Source of the DNA: Cyanophora paradoxa CCMP329 | Taxonomy: Eukaryota; Plantae; Glaucophyta | Reading direction: 5' to 3' | Assembly (NCBI GenBank): GCA_004431415.1 | Contig: QPMI01000466.1 | Span: 1 to 48,911, forward strand | DNA length: 48,911 nt | Shown here: positions 22,392 to 35,976 of the stretch, piece after piece | Layout of the letters: each line of letters begins with the position of its first letter | Position numbering within the stretch: position 1 is the stretch's first letter | The notes under the pieces: model-generated | The model's input: the letters and a program-made list of their open reading frames with translations, nothing else | The model's database searches: none | Told to the model about the DNA's origin: nothing | Made by a program: the position numbers and the translations under genes

Positions 22392-25300
22392 TCAATCAAT
22401 ATCATCTTCTATAACCTCGACCTTTTCGGCCGGTTCACGTGGGCTTAGCAGTATTTGCTCTCCAAGAAAATTCCTGACTGCATCTTTCTCTGGGAAGCAC
22501 TGCTGGGCTCTAATGAGATGGTCGATGGATGGATTCGGCAGTACTCGCTCAAACTGAGAAGACAAGGGGTCTGGAAAAGGCATGAGGCGCCAGGGCTCAA
22601 TAGTCTCAGGCCACACCCAGCGACAGTGCGGATCCTCCAAGGTGATGTCGATGCGATCACAGTTTAAGTTGGGCAGGAATGAACAGGCCGCGAGTGGATA
22701 TACTGCCGCTCTGACAATGCTGAACGTGCGACCACCTCGGGAGAATTCGAAAAGGCCCCTTGCACGGGCGTAGCGCCGGACTGGCTCCCGAAATTCGGGA
22801 TCTGCTTGTATCTCCTCGCGGCTGAGAGGACGTGTCCGCTGTAGTGGAATGATCTGGAAGGGTCTCTCCTGTTCATCGCAGAGCTGCCTTCGGGGCACCA
22901 TACTGATGAAGGACAGGAAAGAACTGTCATGCCGATCAGTTGACAGGCTGCTGGACATGAACAGGTGGTGGTTGGCGTAGAAGCACTTGTGCATAATGCT
23001 CTTGCGAGGTGGCACCCCAACCCAGTCGCGCAGGATATCGGTGCTGACATGTTCAATTGGCTGCCAACGCCCAGCCTCCTGCTCCTCATTTACAGTTTCC
23101 TCCCAAGTCGGCCTACATGCGCACGTGCACATGTGAGTAAACATATGATCACGTATGGGCGGGTGGACAGACCATGTTCCTGCAGTCTCTTTAAAGCATT
23201 CACGATCGCGAATGTACATGTCAAACAGGGTCGCCAGCCAAGGATGGTTTCCCAATCGAGCTTCGCGCTCACATATTGCCGCAACAAGTCCGCCGTACTC
23301 TTCATCTCCATCACGGTCGCTACAGTTGTCGGTTATTCTTCGTGAATTTAAATTGTGAACGATGAAGAAAACTCCATACCTTCCGGAGAGCTTGTACTCT
23401 ACTGCTGTAACTTTTTTGCTGTAATTCACAGCCCCTGTGTGGATATCGTAGCTGTAGCCACGTGGGCTTTTCCGAATTGCACCAGCCATTTCTGTTACCA
23501 AGAGGTTGGGTATCTTGTTGAGGAACTCGCTGGTGGCATGCTGCAAGACTGCAAGGGCCCCCATTTCCTACGAGGCGCTTGAATGTTGTGCAAAAACATC
23601 GACAGATCTAGGGCAAGCGTGCCTGAGTCCGTTTGGCAGCACTGGTGATGAGCGAGGAGTGAGCACCAATCCCCGGTGCAACTTTGACATTGTGGCCACC
23701 GCGCTCCGTTCCGCGAGTGGAAACAGCTGGCGCTGGGCCGAGCTCTATGCATCCATCAACTCTGTGCAGATCATAAGCTCGACAAATGATGGAAACATGT
23801 TTCGAACAAGAACGCACGCATCAACAGTAAGAGCCGCATACTGAGTCCAGAATGGCGTAGGGACATAGTGACGCTCTGCACCCCTTGTTAGAACAGAAAG
23901 CTTTCGCAGCTCCAAAAGGAAGTCTGGATACACAATCTGGTTTTGGCGAAGTAAACACACAATCTGCAGAATATTCGAGGCAGTACCTTTGATCGAATCC
24001 CGCCCAACACATCGAGCTCGTTAATAAGAAGGATTCTATAAAGGCAATTCTCATCATCCATGTCCACATCAAGACACATCCGAAGAACGTCACCAGCCGC
24101 CTCCAAGTTTGTGAATTTGTTGAAATTGGTTTTCTTCAGGAATTTTGTTTCTTCACTAGATAACTGAGATTTCGAAGTCGGAAGGGGGCAGACGTTATAA
24201 ACAAGACAAGTTCACCTTCGTTCCAGAGAAGTGCAGGGTTTTCAACGACGTGGCCACTTTTAACACTGCATTATACAATTGCACTGTCGCCTCCCAGGCA
24301 AAAGGGGCACGTTCTTCCAGTGCAGCTACTCGGTCTATCGGTTCTGCAGGAGGACTTTCGTCACTTGCGCCTTGCATTCGAAGCGCTATCGCCCTGTTGT
24401 ATATTTCTCTATCTTTTGCCATTCGCTTCTCTGCAGCCTCGACTTCCGCTAAGCTTGGAGCTCGGCGGGGCAAAGGGACACCGAAAAGGCGCGAGATCCT
24501 GCAAATTGCAGAAGCGTAAGATCAAATCCTGCAAATCGCACAATCGCACAAGTTGAATAGCGCACTCAAGTTGTCGTGTGCAATCTGCTAGCTTAAGCTT
24601 CGTGTCTTTACCTTGCTTGCTTCGTCCCCGGATGTAGCGGAGAATATCATTCAGACGATTCTTAACAAGGTGGAATTCGTCGGTGTGCCTGGCTCCAGAT
24701 CGCTCCACGTCCATGTCAAACTTGAGCTCACCGCGTCGCAAGAATTCCCAATCATTCTCGCTAAAGTCACAGCGGGGGCCCAACCGAAAGTGAGGCCAAT
24801 CCGCCAGAGTGGGCAATCCCTGTATGCCTGTTGACTGTGAGCGTATTGCTGGCGTTGTCCCTGCATAGCTTCATGGGCAGTTTGCTGAGCTTACCAAATG
24901 TTTTGTGGAAATCTCCTTTTACAAATTTGTCAAAAGCTGTTTTTGTAATCTCCCCTCGAAAGTAACGTTGTCGTTGAATTTCAACAGCTTGTCCATCAGC
25001 CCTCTATTCCGTCGGTTAGCAAATTGCACGTGATAGCATATTAGCCATATGCATTCATTTACCGCGCATGTGTCTGTTCTGGCTGCAGGTGGCTTGTCTT
25101 GAACTCCCACAAACTGGCAGTTTACACGCATCCAGTGTCCAATGGGGAGATCAAGCGCTGCAAAAATGTTTTTTGCGGATTCCTGCTGCGTGTGTTTGTA
25201 GAAATCCACTTTTCGAAGGGGGTGTCCGTGCTCCCCAGAGTGATTCGCTGGACGTAGGTTCAATCATCTTCGAATTCTAGAGCTATCTAGGTTCTATGCA

Positions 25301-27432
25301 TACTTATCATGAACGCAGTTGCACATCCAGGAAGATCATCAACATTGAGTGCCATTGTAAAAAAAGCCTTGCTGTCCTTCCCCGTCACTGGATTCCGAAA
25401 TGGAACTCTGCAGTTACATAAGCGATCCGGGTATTCCATCGCGTGGTTTCGCACCCTTGAGATCTCCGCTCGGTCGGTTGTACCCCGGGAGACGGTGGTT
25501 GATTTGCGACTAGCCATGGCGTAAGAAACAATCGGAACATGCCATCAAAGTTTCGCGGTTTTCCATCAATAAGAAACAGAAGTCGTTGCATGGCGGTCCT
25601 GTGCACAACGGTAGACTCAACACGCGGCACAGAAATATATAATTGAGTGGGAGAATATTGTACCGCCAGTTGGGATGTACCGACATGGGAAGAATAAAGA
25701 CAGGGGTGAATGAACCACTGTTGGACCTGTTTGCGATCAGGGTCAGTGCAATAAATGATCCTACAGCTTCTTTGTACCGACCAGCTATGTGTCACTGCGG
25801 CGTCCGTCGAGTATCCGCATATCACTCCCAGACCATCTTCAATGTCTACACAGCCTTCCTCCAAAAGCGAAGAAAACATCCTCGACTCTACGAAGTCGCC
25901 AACAAATTCTTGCGGTTGCTGATTGAGTTCTGGAGAACTCATATAATAGCGAGGGACCTGCCGTCTTCCAAGCATCGTCTTGCGGAGACCATACCTATCA
26001 GGACCCCCTGCCTGTCAGCATAATCCGGTACCACAACCCCCCACCAGATTGTCCATGCTCACAGAAATCGGGGAAAGTACGAAGGACTGTTTAAAAGCTG
26101 CTGAAAGCTCCGGGTCGGATCGAAAAAAAATCCAGATACACCGTCTGCAAATGTAGACAAGCCACACTCGCATGGGGAAGTGGGAACTTCATTGCCGTCA
26201 TCAATCCAGACGGTCCTGCAGACCGCCACCATGATCTTTCCTTCTTTATAGCCACATGTTCGGAATGGGATGGAAGGCTGATGAGCTGACGTAAGACGGA
26301 TATTTTAATCATGTCTCAGAAGCACACATGCAACACTTACCGCAATCATGTCCTCAATTTCTCTCACCATCTTCTTCCAAGAGCCAAGCGGCTTTGGCTT
26401 CGAATTGGAAGTCTTGTCTTCAATAATTAGCTCAACTGCCTTGTTGATTGAAGCGAACATCTCCACAGGTGCTTGCGTGAACCGTTTCTTGAGCGCTAGA
26501 CAGAAACAAATGTAATCCATGCGCTGCACGATCATGCATGTGCATGTTAGCTTGCAATTGATTACGTCGAAGAAAAAGAAAAGTAAAGAACTAACCGAAA
26601 CTTGGCATCCCTCAAAAAGCGGTTCAGAATAGTTAATCCCTCCATTGTTGCACTCGTCGTCTGAGTCATCATGATCAGCTTCGTCGTCGACTTCGGGATG
26701 AAGTTCTTCAACTCCGGGATCGACGTGGTCATCCGGATGAAGTTCTTCGACTCCGGGATCGACGTGGTCGCCCTTTTCCTCATTATCACGTTCGTGAACA
26801 TGCTCTTGACCATCTTCAAGGAGCACAGGATCCGGTGCGTCGGCGCCATCGATTTCATGATTTTGATCACGAGGCACAAATCTACCCAGTCTTCGTAGTA
26901 TACGTTCTGCGACAGTTCCGCCTCGTCGTTTTCGTTGATAAGCTGAACTCGCAGGCTCCGGAGCTGGGGCTGCAGCTGGGGCTGCAGCTGGAGCAGCTGA
27001 TCTCCGGATCCTCATCGCGTCTCGCACACCGATCGCAGGGCCTGGGGCTGGTACGCTAAGCACATTCGCCATAAGCGGTACGTATGCGCTTACTGGAGCT
27101 CGCCGAGAAGCCTGCTCAGCTAGGCTGGCACCGTAGTTGTCAGCGTGCAAGTGCATATTACGTGCCCACACAGAGATAGTCTTTCCGTTACAGCGGGAAC
27201 AAACGCACTCTACCATTTCCCGCTTACTATAGCTAGTACTGTTGCGATCGACATCGAACCCGGCGTGCGCTAGCAGCTGGTGCGCAAAGAAGGTTTCGGG
27301 GCGCACGAGCTTGCCGTTGCATTTGCAGCACTCGCAGAGACGCTTCGATCGCGAGCGATCGGCCTGCTGCTGCATTCTATAGCTCTCCCTCAGAAGAGTC
27401 CCTCTAGCTAGCTGGGTACTAGTCGATTCCAT
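22392..27432 (-). CDS. CACTA/EnSpm (CMC superfamily) TnpD-like transposase, intron-containing
   Basis: Two N-terminal C-x-C-x2-C-N..H zinc-binding motifs (transposase-associated domain-like), acidic linker, EPLFEGC, GYSTDAA, ALNVDDLPG..NHSG, HTDEFHLVKN (DxxH motif), HNIQ..KWGPLQ. GT..AG introns reconcile several frame changes; intactness not established. Confidence 0.8.
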
Positions 27433-28959
27433 TTGAACGTGAAGCCTAGGCCTAAACTTGAAGGTACGCAAGTATGCGCATGCGCGGAGTGTCAGTTCCG
27501 CGGCGGCACGTTGGTTGCCGCTCTCCAGTGCAAGTGCTAGCTCCAACTCCAGTGCGCGTCGGACACAGCCCTCTAGCTTCTTGACGCGGCGGTGCCCGCG
27601 CGTCTCTAGTCTATTCCGGTTGGTGCTAGTCTGGGGTCCTATTCCAAGAAGATCGCGGTTGAGGGACGACGCTCGCCGTGCTCGGCGGCGTCGACGCGGA
27701 CATCGCGCGCGGTTGAGGGAGTCGCCGTGGCCGCGTGCACACACTTGTCGCTTTAGTCCATTGGTGCGAGTTCCTAGTTGGTGCTGTTGGCCACCTAGGT
27801 CGCGAGTTCCTGTCGGTGCTCGCTGTGCTGATTTGCGGTCGCTGGGACGGTGTGCGGGTTTGCGCGGCCTAATCGTTCGCTCTGCGACTCAGAGATGGAA
27901 AAACAAGACACGCTGACCGGTTAGATGCGCATCCGTGCCGGCGGCTGCTTGTGCTCACTCGGCGTGTGCTGCGCAGTGCTGGAGAAGATGCAAAAGGTTG
28001 TCAGGACCCGGGATTCCCTGAACACTCAACTCAGGCGGATGTACTTGCTCTGCTCGTAAGTTATTGCCTTCTCGTGAGACTGCTCCGATCGTCTTATAAA
28101 CTTCTCGCCAAACGCATGTGCAGTGATGCTGGACAGCCAACAGAGCCTACTTATGATGACCTCTTCGGCTTGATCCCTGAGTGCGCATGCATGAGAGCTT
28201 GTTATCTTGAGCGCTTTGCTTCACGATACGCATCAGGTATCAAGCTGCAGAAGCAGCATACTTGGCAGCGCTCGCATCAGTGGCAGCAAATGTTCCTCAA
28301 CACCACCAGGCGGCTTTTGGAAGTGTGAAACGTCTTGAAGCAGCAGTTCGCAATTGTCATGAGTTCCAGGAAACGCTGAAATCCCTCGGGTGAGTGCTCA
28401 TCTCTCGTCACCACTGAAGTGTTTCCACTGGAAACGTTTCTGCAGAGCTGATCAGCTTTCTGCAGAGCTGATCAGCTTTTATCTGGAGCTGCTGGTGCTG
28501 ACGAGTTCCTGGCGGCTTTTTCCGCTTCTCAAGCTGAAGCAAAGATTGCTACGGAAGCCTGCATTGAAGGTTCTGTTTCTTGTCCCGATAGTTTTAATCT
28601 TGAATATTATTTTGCACTAGATTAATATTGCATCCACAGCTTTGCTTCATGTTCCGCAATTGAATGTCCAGCCTTCGTATCTTGCAGTCGCGGTTAATTG
28701 TCCCAGTTTAGTGAGTCTAAGCTGATACTCATTGTCAGCGACTGCAGAATGGTTCAGCCAATCCTGGCAACAATTCACGTGTTCTCTCTGATCCAGGCTC
28801 TCCAGGCGTGCTCTCAGGTTAGTCCAACTTTTCATAATTCCGCGTCCCGGTTTCCAACCATGCATTTTCTGCATCAAGCTTCGTCCACGAATCTTGGAGC
28901 TCTCCAGGGTTGCGCCTCTCATCTTGAAATTGCGGTTCATTCCTCGTTCATTCAGTAAA

Positions 28960-31900
28960 AACTCATAAATATCGCAGCGAAACTGCCGAACGGTCCATCC
29001 AAACCAGAGTCAGCCAAACCAGTTTCCAAAGCAAACGTATGAGGACTTCCCTGCCTAATTCTGCTGTGCACCTGTCGAAGCCATAGTCCTATATAGCTAT
29101 GCATTCAGACACAGCCCAACCCTCCTCGCGTTCCGGATCCTCAGAGTTTTGCCCAACCGGGCCCAAGCAGTATGGGGCGGCAGCAACAGCAAGCAGCAGC
29201 ATCCGTGGTGCCATCTGTGCGTGATTTTCCCTGCCTACTTCTGCCGAGAATTCATAACTCTTGGCATTTGCAAGGCGACACAGCCCAACCCTCCTCCCGC
29301 GCAGATTTTTGCCCAACTGGGCCCAAGCAGTATGGGGCGGCAGCAACAGCAAGCAGCAGCATCTGTGGTGCCATCTGTGCGTGATCTTCCCTGCCTACTT
29401 CTGCCGAGACGAATTCATAACTCTTGGCATTTGCAAGGCAACACAGCCCAACCCTCCTCCCGGGCAGAGTTTTGCCCAACTGGGCCCAAGCAGTATGGGG
29501 CGGCAGCAACAGCAAGCAGCAGCATCTGTGGTGCCATCTGTGCGTGATCTTCCCTGCCTACTTCCCTGCCTACTTCTGCCGAGACGAATTCATAACTCTT
29601 GGCATTTGCAAGGCAACACAGCCCAACCCTCCTCGCACTTCTCAGAGTTTTGCCCAACCGGGCCCAAGCAGTATGGGGCGGCAGCAACAGCAAGCAGCAG
29701 CATCCGTGGTGCCATCTGTGCGTGATCTTCCCTGCCTACTTCTGCCGAGACGAATTCATAACTCTTGGCATTTGCAAGGCAACACAGCCCAACCCTCCTC
29801 CCGGGCAGAGTTTTGCCCAACTGGGCCCAAGCAGTATGGGGCGGCAGCAACAGCAAGCAGCAGCATCTGTGGTGCCATCTGTGCGTGATCTTCCCTGCCT
29901 ACTTCCCTGCCTACTTCTGCCGAGACGAATTCATAACTCTTGGCATTTGCAAGGCAACACAGCCCAACCCTCCTCGCACTTCTCAGAGTTTTGCCCAACC
30001 GGGCCCAAGCAGTATGGGGCGGCAGCAACAGCAAGCAGCAGCATCCGTGGTGCCATCTGTGCGTGATCTTCCCTGCCTACTTCTGCCGAGACGAATTCAT
30101 AACTCTTGGCATTTGCAAGGCAACACAGCCCAACCCTCCTCGCACTTCTCAGAGTTTCGCCCAACCGGGCCCAAGCAGTATGGGGCGGCAGCAACAGCAA
30201 GCAGCAGCATCCGTGGTGCCATCTGTGCGTGATCTTCCCTGCCTACTTCCCTGCCTACTTCTGCTGTGACCAGCGGGCGGGGCAGGTTCCCAGAGGACTT
30301 GAGGAATCGCAGAAGATGTCAAAGCAACTACTGAACGCTGACACGCAGTCTTCGGACGATTCAGACAAGGAGAACAGCACTCACAAGAGGCAGAATTTGG
30401 ACCTTGCTCTTCATCGCCTTGCATCTCGTCGTGATCAAAGCAATGAACGAAGTGCTCGTTTGTTCTTGTTATCGACTTCTCAGTCTCTCTCTTACACTTT
30501 CGTACAGTTCTAAAGCTAAGGCAGCCTGCTAGCCTGCCGAAAGATGTCTGGCCTTTGAAGGCAGACTTTGTTGTCGACGACATCATTAAAGTCTTCGGTT
30601 TGTAACTCCGCTTGTCACTCTATTTTAAACATTTGTTATTCTGCTAACACTAAGGTCCATCTTCATGTTAGATGTTCAGAACACCCTCTACGATGGGGAT
30701 TACATGGCGCACCCCGACTTCATGGCCAAGCTTCGCAATGTTGTCATAGAGCTGATTGGGACAGAGGAATACCAGAATACAACAAACCGGGCATCATGCG
30801 CTGCTGTCTGCCTCCACTCTCGTGTTTTGCGCTCTCGTGTTTTCTCTTTATTAACATGCCCCGTGTTTCACAGCGGCAAGCACTCCTTTCACTCTTTCAG
30901 TCACTCCGGGAGAATTCCTTTAATATTGATCTTCCAGAAAACGTCGAATGTGTGCCAATCGCCTCAGGTATGTTGGATTCTCAGGTCCTAGCCATGCTTT
31001 TCATGTTTACATGTTCAGGCCACTCGTTTCTCGGTCAACGAGTCGGGAATCGTTTCGTCCACAATGCCCGATTCCTGATGATCCGTGTCAATTTCATGGT
31101 GTACCTCCAGGCATTGTGGACTGCAATCGGGCAGCCGAAGTATGGCCAAATCGTCGGGATGCACAAAAGTGCGTATGAGTATGGCTTACTTTGTGCATTT
31201 GTCTGAAATTGTGGACTGATGCAATTTTGCAGAGCTGATAGATCGCATGCTCGGGGTTCTCAAATTCATCTGCTGCACAATGAAGGCAAACGGCGTCTAT
31301 CCTCCTGGCATGAGAGAAGGAGACCCAGCGCCGGTTGCACTTGCCATTTTCTTTTGAAAACATTTCTCTGGAAATTTGCTAATGCAAATTATTGCAGGAG
31401 CCTTTCACAGAGGCGCTTGCCAAGATATGGCTAAAGGACAAGTTGAAGTACCTGCAGCACAACCGCATCGAAGAGTACAAAACCGAGCTAGAAGTAAGAG
31501 AATATGGACTCCAGCATTGTTCTCTAATTTGAGTTGCAATTGTACAGAATGGTGCCATTCGATTTGACAGTCCACAATTGCTTATTCGCCAAGCAAAGCG
31601 TCAAGCGGAGAGGGAAAAGGAGATCGACAGAATTGCCAGGCAGGTTATAGTTCCAGGAGAATTCAGTCCGTTTTTTTTCAATCCTTTTCTTCATTCGTTG
31701 CCATTGATCTTTTTCCTCCCCATGCGCAGTGAATCCATACTTGGAGACTCCCAATGCGCTCCCAGAAAATCTTGCTCTTTTCACGAAGTTTGATCCAGTT
31801 GATCTGCTATATGCTCCGCCAGGAGATGGCAATGTGACTCCGGATGTGGTGGGCAAGGGCCTCTATGTGGGTCGTGTTGATCTGTCTGTTGTAAATCCAA

Positions 31901-34900
31901 TGCTCAAACATGATGGATTAACTACAATCGAAACGGTACATAGATTTATTGTCTCTTGCTCATTCATGTTTTTGCTCCTCTATATTTACACAAATCCCTT
32001 TTCAGGCTGCCCAAGACCTTGTCGTGGTGACATCGGTTTTTCCGACTTGGCAGGCGAAGAAATGTCCGTGGTTCTACAAGAGGCCGAGCATCCGGACAGA
32101 GCTTGCAATGCAATATGTAATCTTATTTCGAATTTGCATCCCTGCCATCAATTGACATGTCTTTTTAGGTCGTATGTGCTTTGACATTCCTTGGTTTCTT
32201 TCTCGTATCTTTCCTCAGACACGAAACAGCCAACGATGCAAGCAGCATGTGGTGCAAAGCGTTCCATTTTCTGGGCTGGACAGTTTCTCCGAGCAAGTGT
32301 CAACAATGGAACTGAGCCTGAGCAGCAGTCCGGACTTATGATCATGAACTACGTCTGTCCAACCCTCCTGAACCACATGCATGTGTATCAACTAATTGCT
32401 CATGCACATGCAGGACGAGTCAGATGCTTCAGCTGCCGCCCCCTCGAAGAGGTCGAGGACAGGTGCCAAGCCAGTTGTCAAGCCAGCAAGCAAGCCAGGA
32501 GCAAACAAAGCTAGCAAGCCAGCGTGCCCCAAAGAAAAAGCCAAGGTGATGAGGTAAGTAACGATTCTGTGCTGAGAACCTTATCTTATCTTTCCGTAGT
32601 GAAAATCAAGGTGGAGAAGATGGTGATGAGCCTCACCAAGTGCGTCCGCTGTCCGTCGGTAGTTTTCTTCCCCTCTGTCCGTCTGTCCCTCTTCACCCAT
32701 ATCTTTTCTCGAATGTATCTAGCGCGGCGTGCACGATCGCATTGTCTCGCGCGCCCGCGTTTTTCAGCAGCTCCATTATACAGAGGATCAGTGTGAAGTG
32801 CAGGTTGTCGCATCACTTTGCAGGTCCGCTCTCCTTACTTGTCTGACGGTGATGCGGAGGGGTCGAGCTGGAAAGGGCACACCATTCCTCGGAGCTCGCG
32901 ATGCATCGACTCGAAATCAGGTCCGCTCTCTTTACTTGTCTGACGGTGATGCGGAGGGGTCGAGCTGGAAAGGGCACACCATTCCTCGGAGCTCGCGATG
33001 CATCGACTCGAAATCAGGTCTGCTCTCTTTCTTTGTCTGACGGTGATGCGGAGGGGTCGAGCTGGAAAGGGCACACCATTCCTCGGAGCTCGCGATGCAT
33101 CGACTCGAAATCAGGTCTGCTCTCTTTCTTTGTCTGACGGTGATGCGGAGGGGTCGAGCTGGAAAGGGCACACCATTCCTCGAAGCTCGCGATGCATCGA
33201 CTCGAAATCAGGTCCGCTCTCTTTCTTTGTCTGACGGTGATGCGGAGGGGTCGAGCTGGAAAGGGCACAACATTCCTCGGAGCTCGCGATGCATCGACTC
33301 GAAATCAGGTCCGCTCTCTTTACTTGTCTGACGGTGATGCGGAGGGGTCGAGCTGGAAAGGGCACACCATTCCTCGGAGCTCGCGATGCATCGACTCGAA
33401 ATCAGGTCCGCTCTCTTTACTTGTCTGACGGTGATGCGGAGGGGTCGAGCTGGAAAGGGCACACCATTCCTCGGAGCTCGCGATGCATCGACTCGAAATC
33501 AGGTCCGCTCTCTTTACTTGTCTGACGGTGATGCGGAGGGGTCGAGCTGGAAGGGGCGCAACATTCCTCGAAGCTGCGCGATGCATCGACTCGAAATCAG
33601 GTCCTCTCCACCCCTTGCACTTGTCTGACTTGTCTTGTCTGCGCTTGGCACAGATGGAGCTGCTGTCCGCGCTCCGCAGCATTTGCGTGCTTTTGCAGCT
33701 TTGCCGCTATTGCTTGCATTCTTTGTGTGCTTTTGCGATTTCTAGTCTCTAGGTTTTCTCATGGGTTTTTTTCGTTTTCGAGGGTTTTCTACTATCTCAC
33801 TAACTCAAGATATCTTAAGTGGTGGTCGACACTCGATATTCGTGCTGCTGTTTTGTGTCCCTCAGCTGTTCCCATGATGATTTCAGCTAACTTGTTTTTT
33901 CTGCAGGAAGTCAAGAGGCCGAGGAAGGAAGACAATAAGAAACTTCGTGAACAGGTTGAACAAGCTTTGAAGCTGAAGGCCGAGACTGAGACCGAGGCTG
34001 GATTGGAAGCACACGAGACCTGTGGCAACCAGTGGCAGCAAGTGTTTGTCCAACTCCCTCTGGCAGCTGCACGCCGTCAACCAGGACAGGGAAAATGTCA
34101 TCCAGATGAGCCTCCGTTCTGGTTTGAGGATTCATTAGGAGAAGCTATGCGGATCAAGTTCGGGCTTGAGGAGAAGACTGCCACCGGCAAGATCACACAC
34201 TGGAACAAAACCGAAATTGGATCCTTGGTTCCTGCCTTTCTGGGGTATCGCACGAAACCAGCAGCGAAGAAGAGTCTGCAAGTTCTTTCATATGATGTTT
34301 CATGGTGTAACATGACGTCAATTCACAGAAAGTCGCAACGCCAAAGTCAAGGATCTTCTTTTCAAGAGCGTCATCGTAACGGAGTTGTATGCTCCTCTGA
34401 AAGACGCTTCTGTGGACAAGGACATGGCGTACGTGCTTTTGTTTCCGCTCGTTTCCGCTCTGTTTCCGCTATTCCTTGTGATCTGGCATCTGCAGCGGCT
34501 ACTGGTTGAGCCTAGGACAAACACCAAAAGAAGTCGAGGCAACTGCACTTCAGTTTTTAGCCTCGAGCAAGCTTCAGGAGAACCTGTCCACGGATCTTCT
34601 CGATCAGGCGAGCTTAAGCTTAGGGACAATTAGTTCCTCAAGACTGAGACGAGTTGCGCAGAGAATCATTCCTTCAGACTGGGTCATTGAGCGGTGGATA
34701 TATCGTGAAGACTGGGCTACTCAGCAAAATGGTATCCCCCAGCTTGTTTTGCCTTCTCATATGCATGTGCCTTGTGACATGTTCCGGCCAGGAAAAACCG
34801 AGGTGGAGATGGCAAATGAACACGATGCGATGAACTGTGCCGACAATGATGAGAAGTTCATAGCGCGCCAATTCATGGAGAGTTCTGTGCATCGGGTCGA

Positions 34901-35364
34901 GAACCCAAAATATGTGCGAGCAATGGAAGACTATGGCCGATTCTTTGTGGATGCAAGAATCCGTCTTGCTACGGTTCGCTTTTCACCCTACTTGATTCTC
35001 TTCATTTGAAATCCGAATCGTGATAATGGTATCGATCGTGATCAGCTTCATGCATATGGTAACGCTTCGGAAGCCAGCACTTCAATTCTGCTCCTTCCAG
35101 CTGCTGGAGGTCCGCTACTTCCATATATACTTCTTTTTCTTTGTCTTCTGGTTAGCATTCGTCAACGCAGCAACGCCAGACGCACTCGCCAATGCAGCAA
35201 TGCCGGCGCCAGATGCACAGGAGGAGTCCACAGCTAGGAGCATTGCTGGCGGCGCCAGCAGCGATGTTGATCCCCTCGACGGCAATGAGCTCGAGAGGCA
35301 GCTCGAGAGGCCTGATCATGATGATCAAGATCTTGCTAGCTCTGATATCGATGCCGACCTCTGA
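28960..35364 (+). CDS. Multi-exon second gene (or genes) of the CMC element (TnpA-like position), function unknown
   Basis: Series of short exons with GT..AG introns (e.g. RAGQVPRGLEESQKMSKQ, DVQNTLYDGDYMAHPDF, NPYLETPNALPENL, EVKRPRKEDNKKLREQ, PGKTEVEMANEHDAM). Transcribed divergently from the transposase and upstream of the terminal repeat. Boundaries approximate. Confidence 0.55.
29109..30273 (+). repeat. Tandem array of 7 exon+intron units (163-175 bp)
   Basis: ACAGCCCAACCCTCCTC at 29111, 29280, 29443, 29618, 29784, 29959 and 30125; 175+166 bp higher-order alternation. Confidence 0.95.
32821..33600 (+). repeat. 97-bp tandem repeat, 8 copies
   Basis: CAGGTCyGCTCTC at 32821, 32918, 33015, 33112, 33209, 33306, 33403 and 33500; a ninth start at 33598. 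Confidence 0.97.
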
Positions 35365-35469
35365 TGAGAGGCGCACTGATCATGCATATGACGGTGCGTC
35401 CCCAACTCTTTCCCCCCCCCCGCCGCTCTCCCCCCCACCGCCATTCAGCAATTGATCCGAGACAGATTC

Positions 35470-35976
35470 GTAGCTTATAGGCCAATTGTAGAGTCTGGAG
35501 TCTAGACCGATTAGTTGCACGGATTGGTAAGCTCTACGACTGATTGGTCGGCTATAGAGAGATCGCTAAGATTGATAAGCCGATTCTATGATTAGGTGTC
35601 CAGCTTTGTGATTGGCCAGCTAGTAGTATCATTAGCCAGCTCATTTCACGAAAACAATATGATTGGTCGCGCCAAAAAAACAAAGAGCTCTCGTCCAATC
35701 ACCTTTTTCCAAAAAAAAACCGAAAAATGACCAATCAGAGTAAGGCATCGTGGTCACGTGTCCCAATCGATCGCGTCACAGCGCCGGCATGCAACAAGAA
35801 CGAACGAATCTGATTGGCTGACGTTGCTGTCACCCCCTCGAGTTTCCCCTTCCGAGTTTCACCCTCCGAATTCACACCCCCGAGTTCACACCGGGGTGAT
35901 TCAAACGCCGTTCTTTCACACCGGTGTGACGCGTTCAAGTTCACACCGGTGTGACAGCAAAATCTGTCTCCCAGTG
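35470..35976. repeat. Right terminus of the CACTG-type element with subterminal repeats
   Basis: Ends ..AATCTGTCTCCCAGTG (reverse complement CACTGGGAGACAG); palindromic TCACACCGGTGTGA at ~35916 and 35941 plus variants; about 8-10 CCAAT/ATTGG-type motifs at 35480-35820. Confidence 0.7.

Larger units (their letters stand above)
22392..35976. mobile_element. CACTA/EnSpm (CMC) DNA transposon of at least 13.6 kb; left TIR not identified
   Basis: Transposase, divergent second gene and a CACTG-type right end with subterminal repeats. Confidence 0.7.

Noticed and set aside
32821-33600. CRISPR array (also considered for 29109-30273 and 37996-38440)
   Set aside because: Units are head-to-tail with no unique spacers, no cas genes are present, and the context is eukaryotic.
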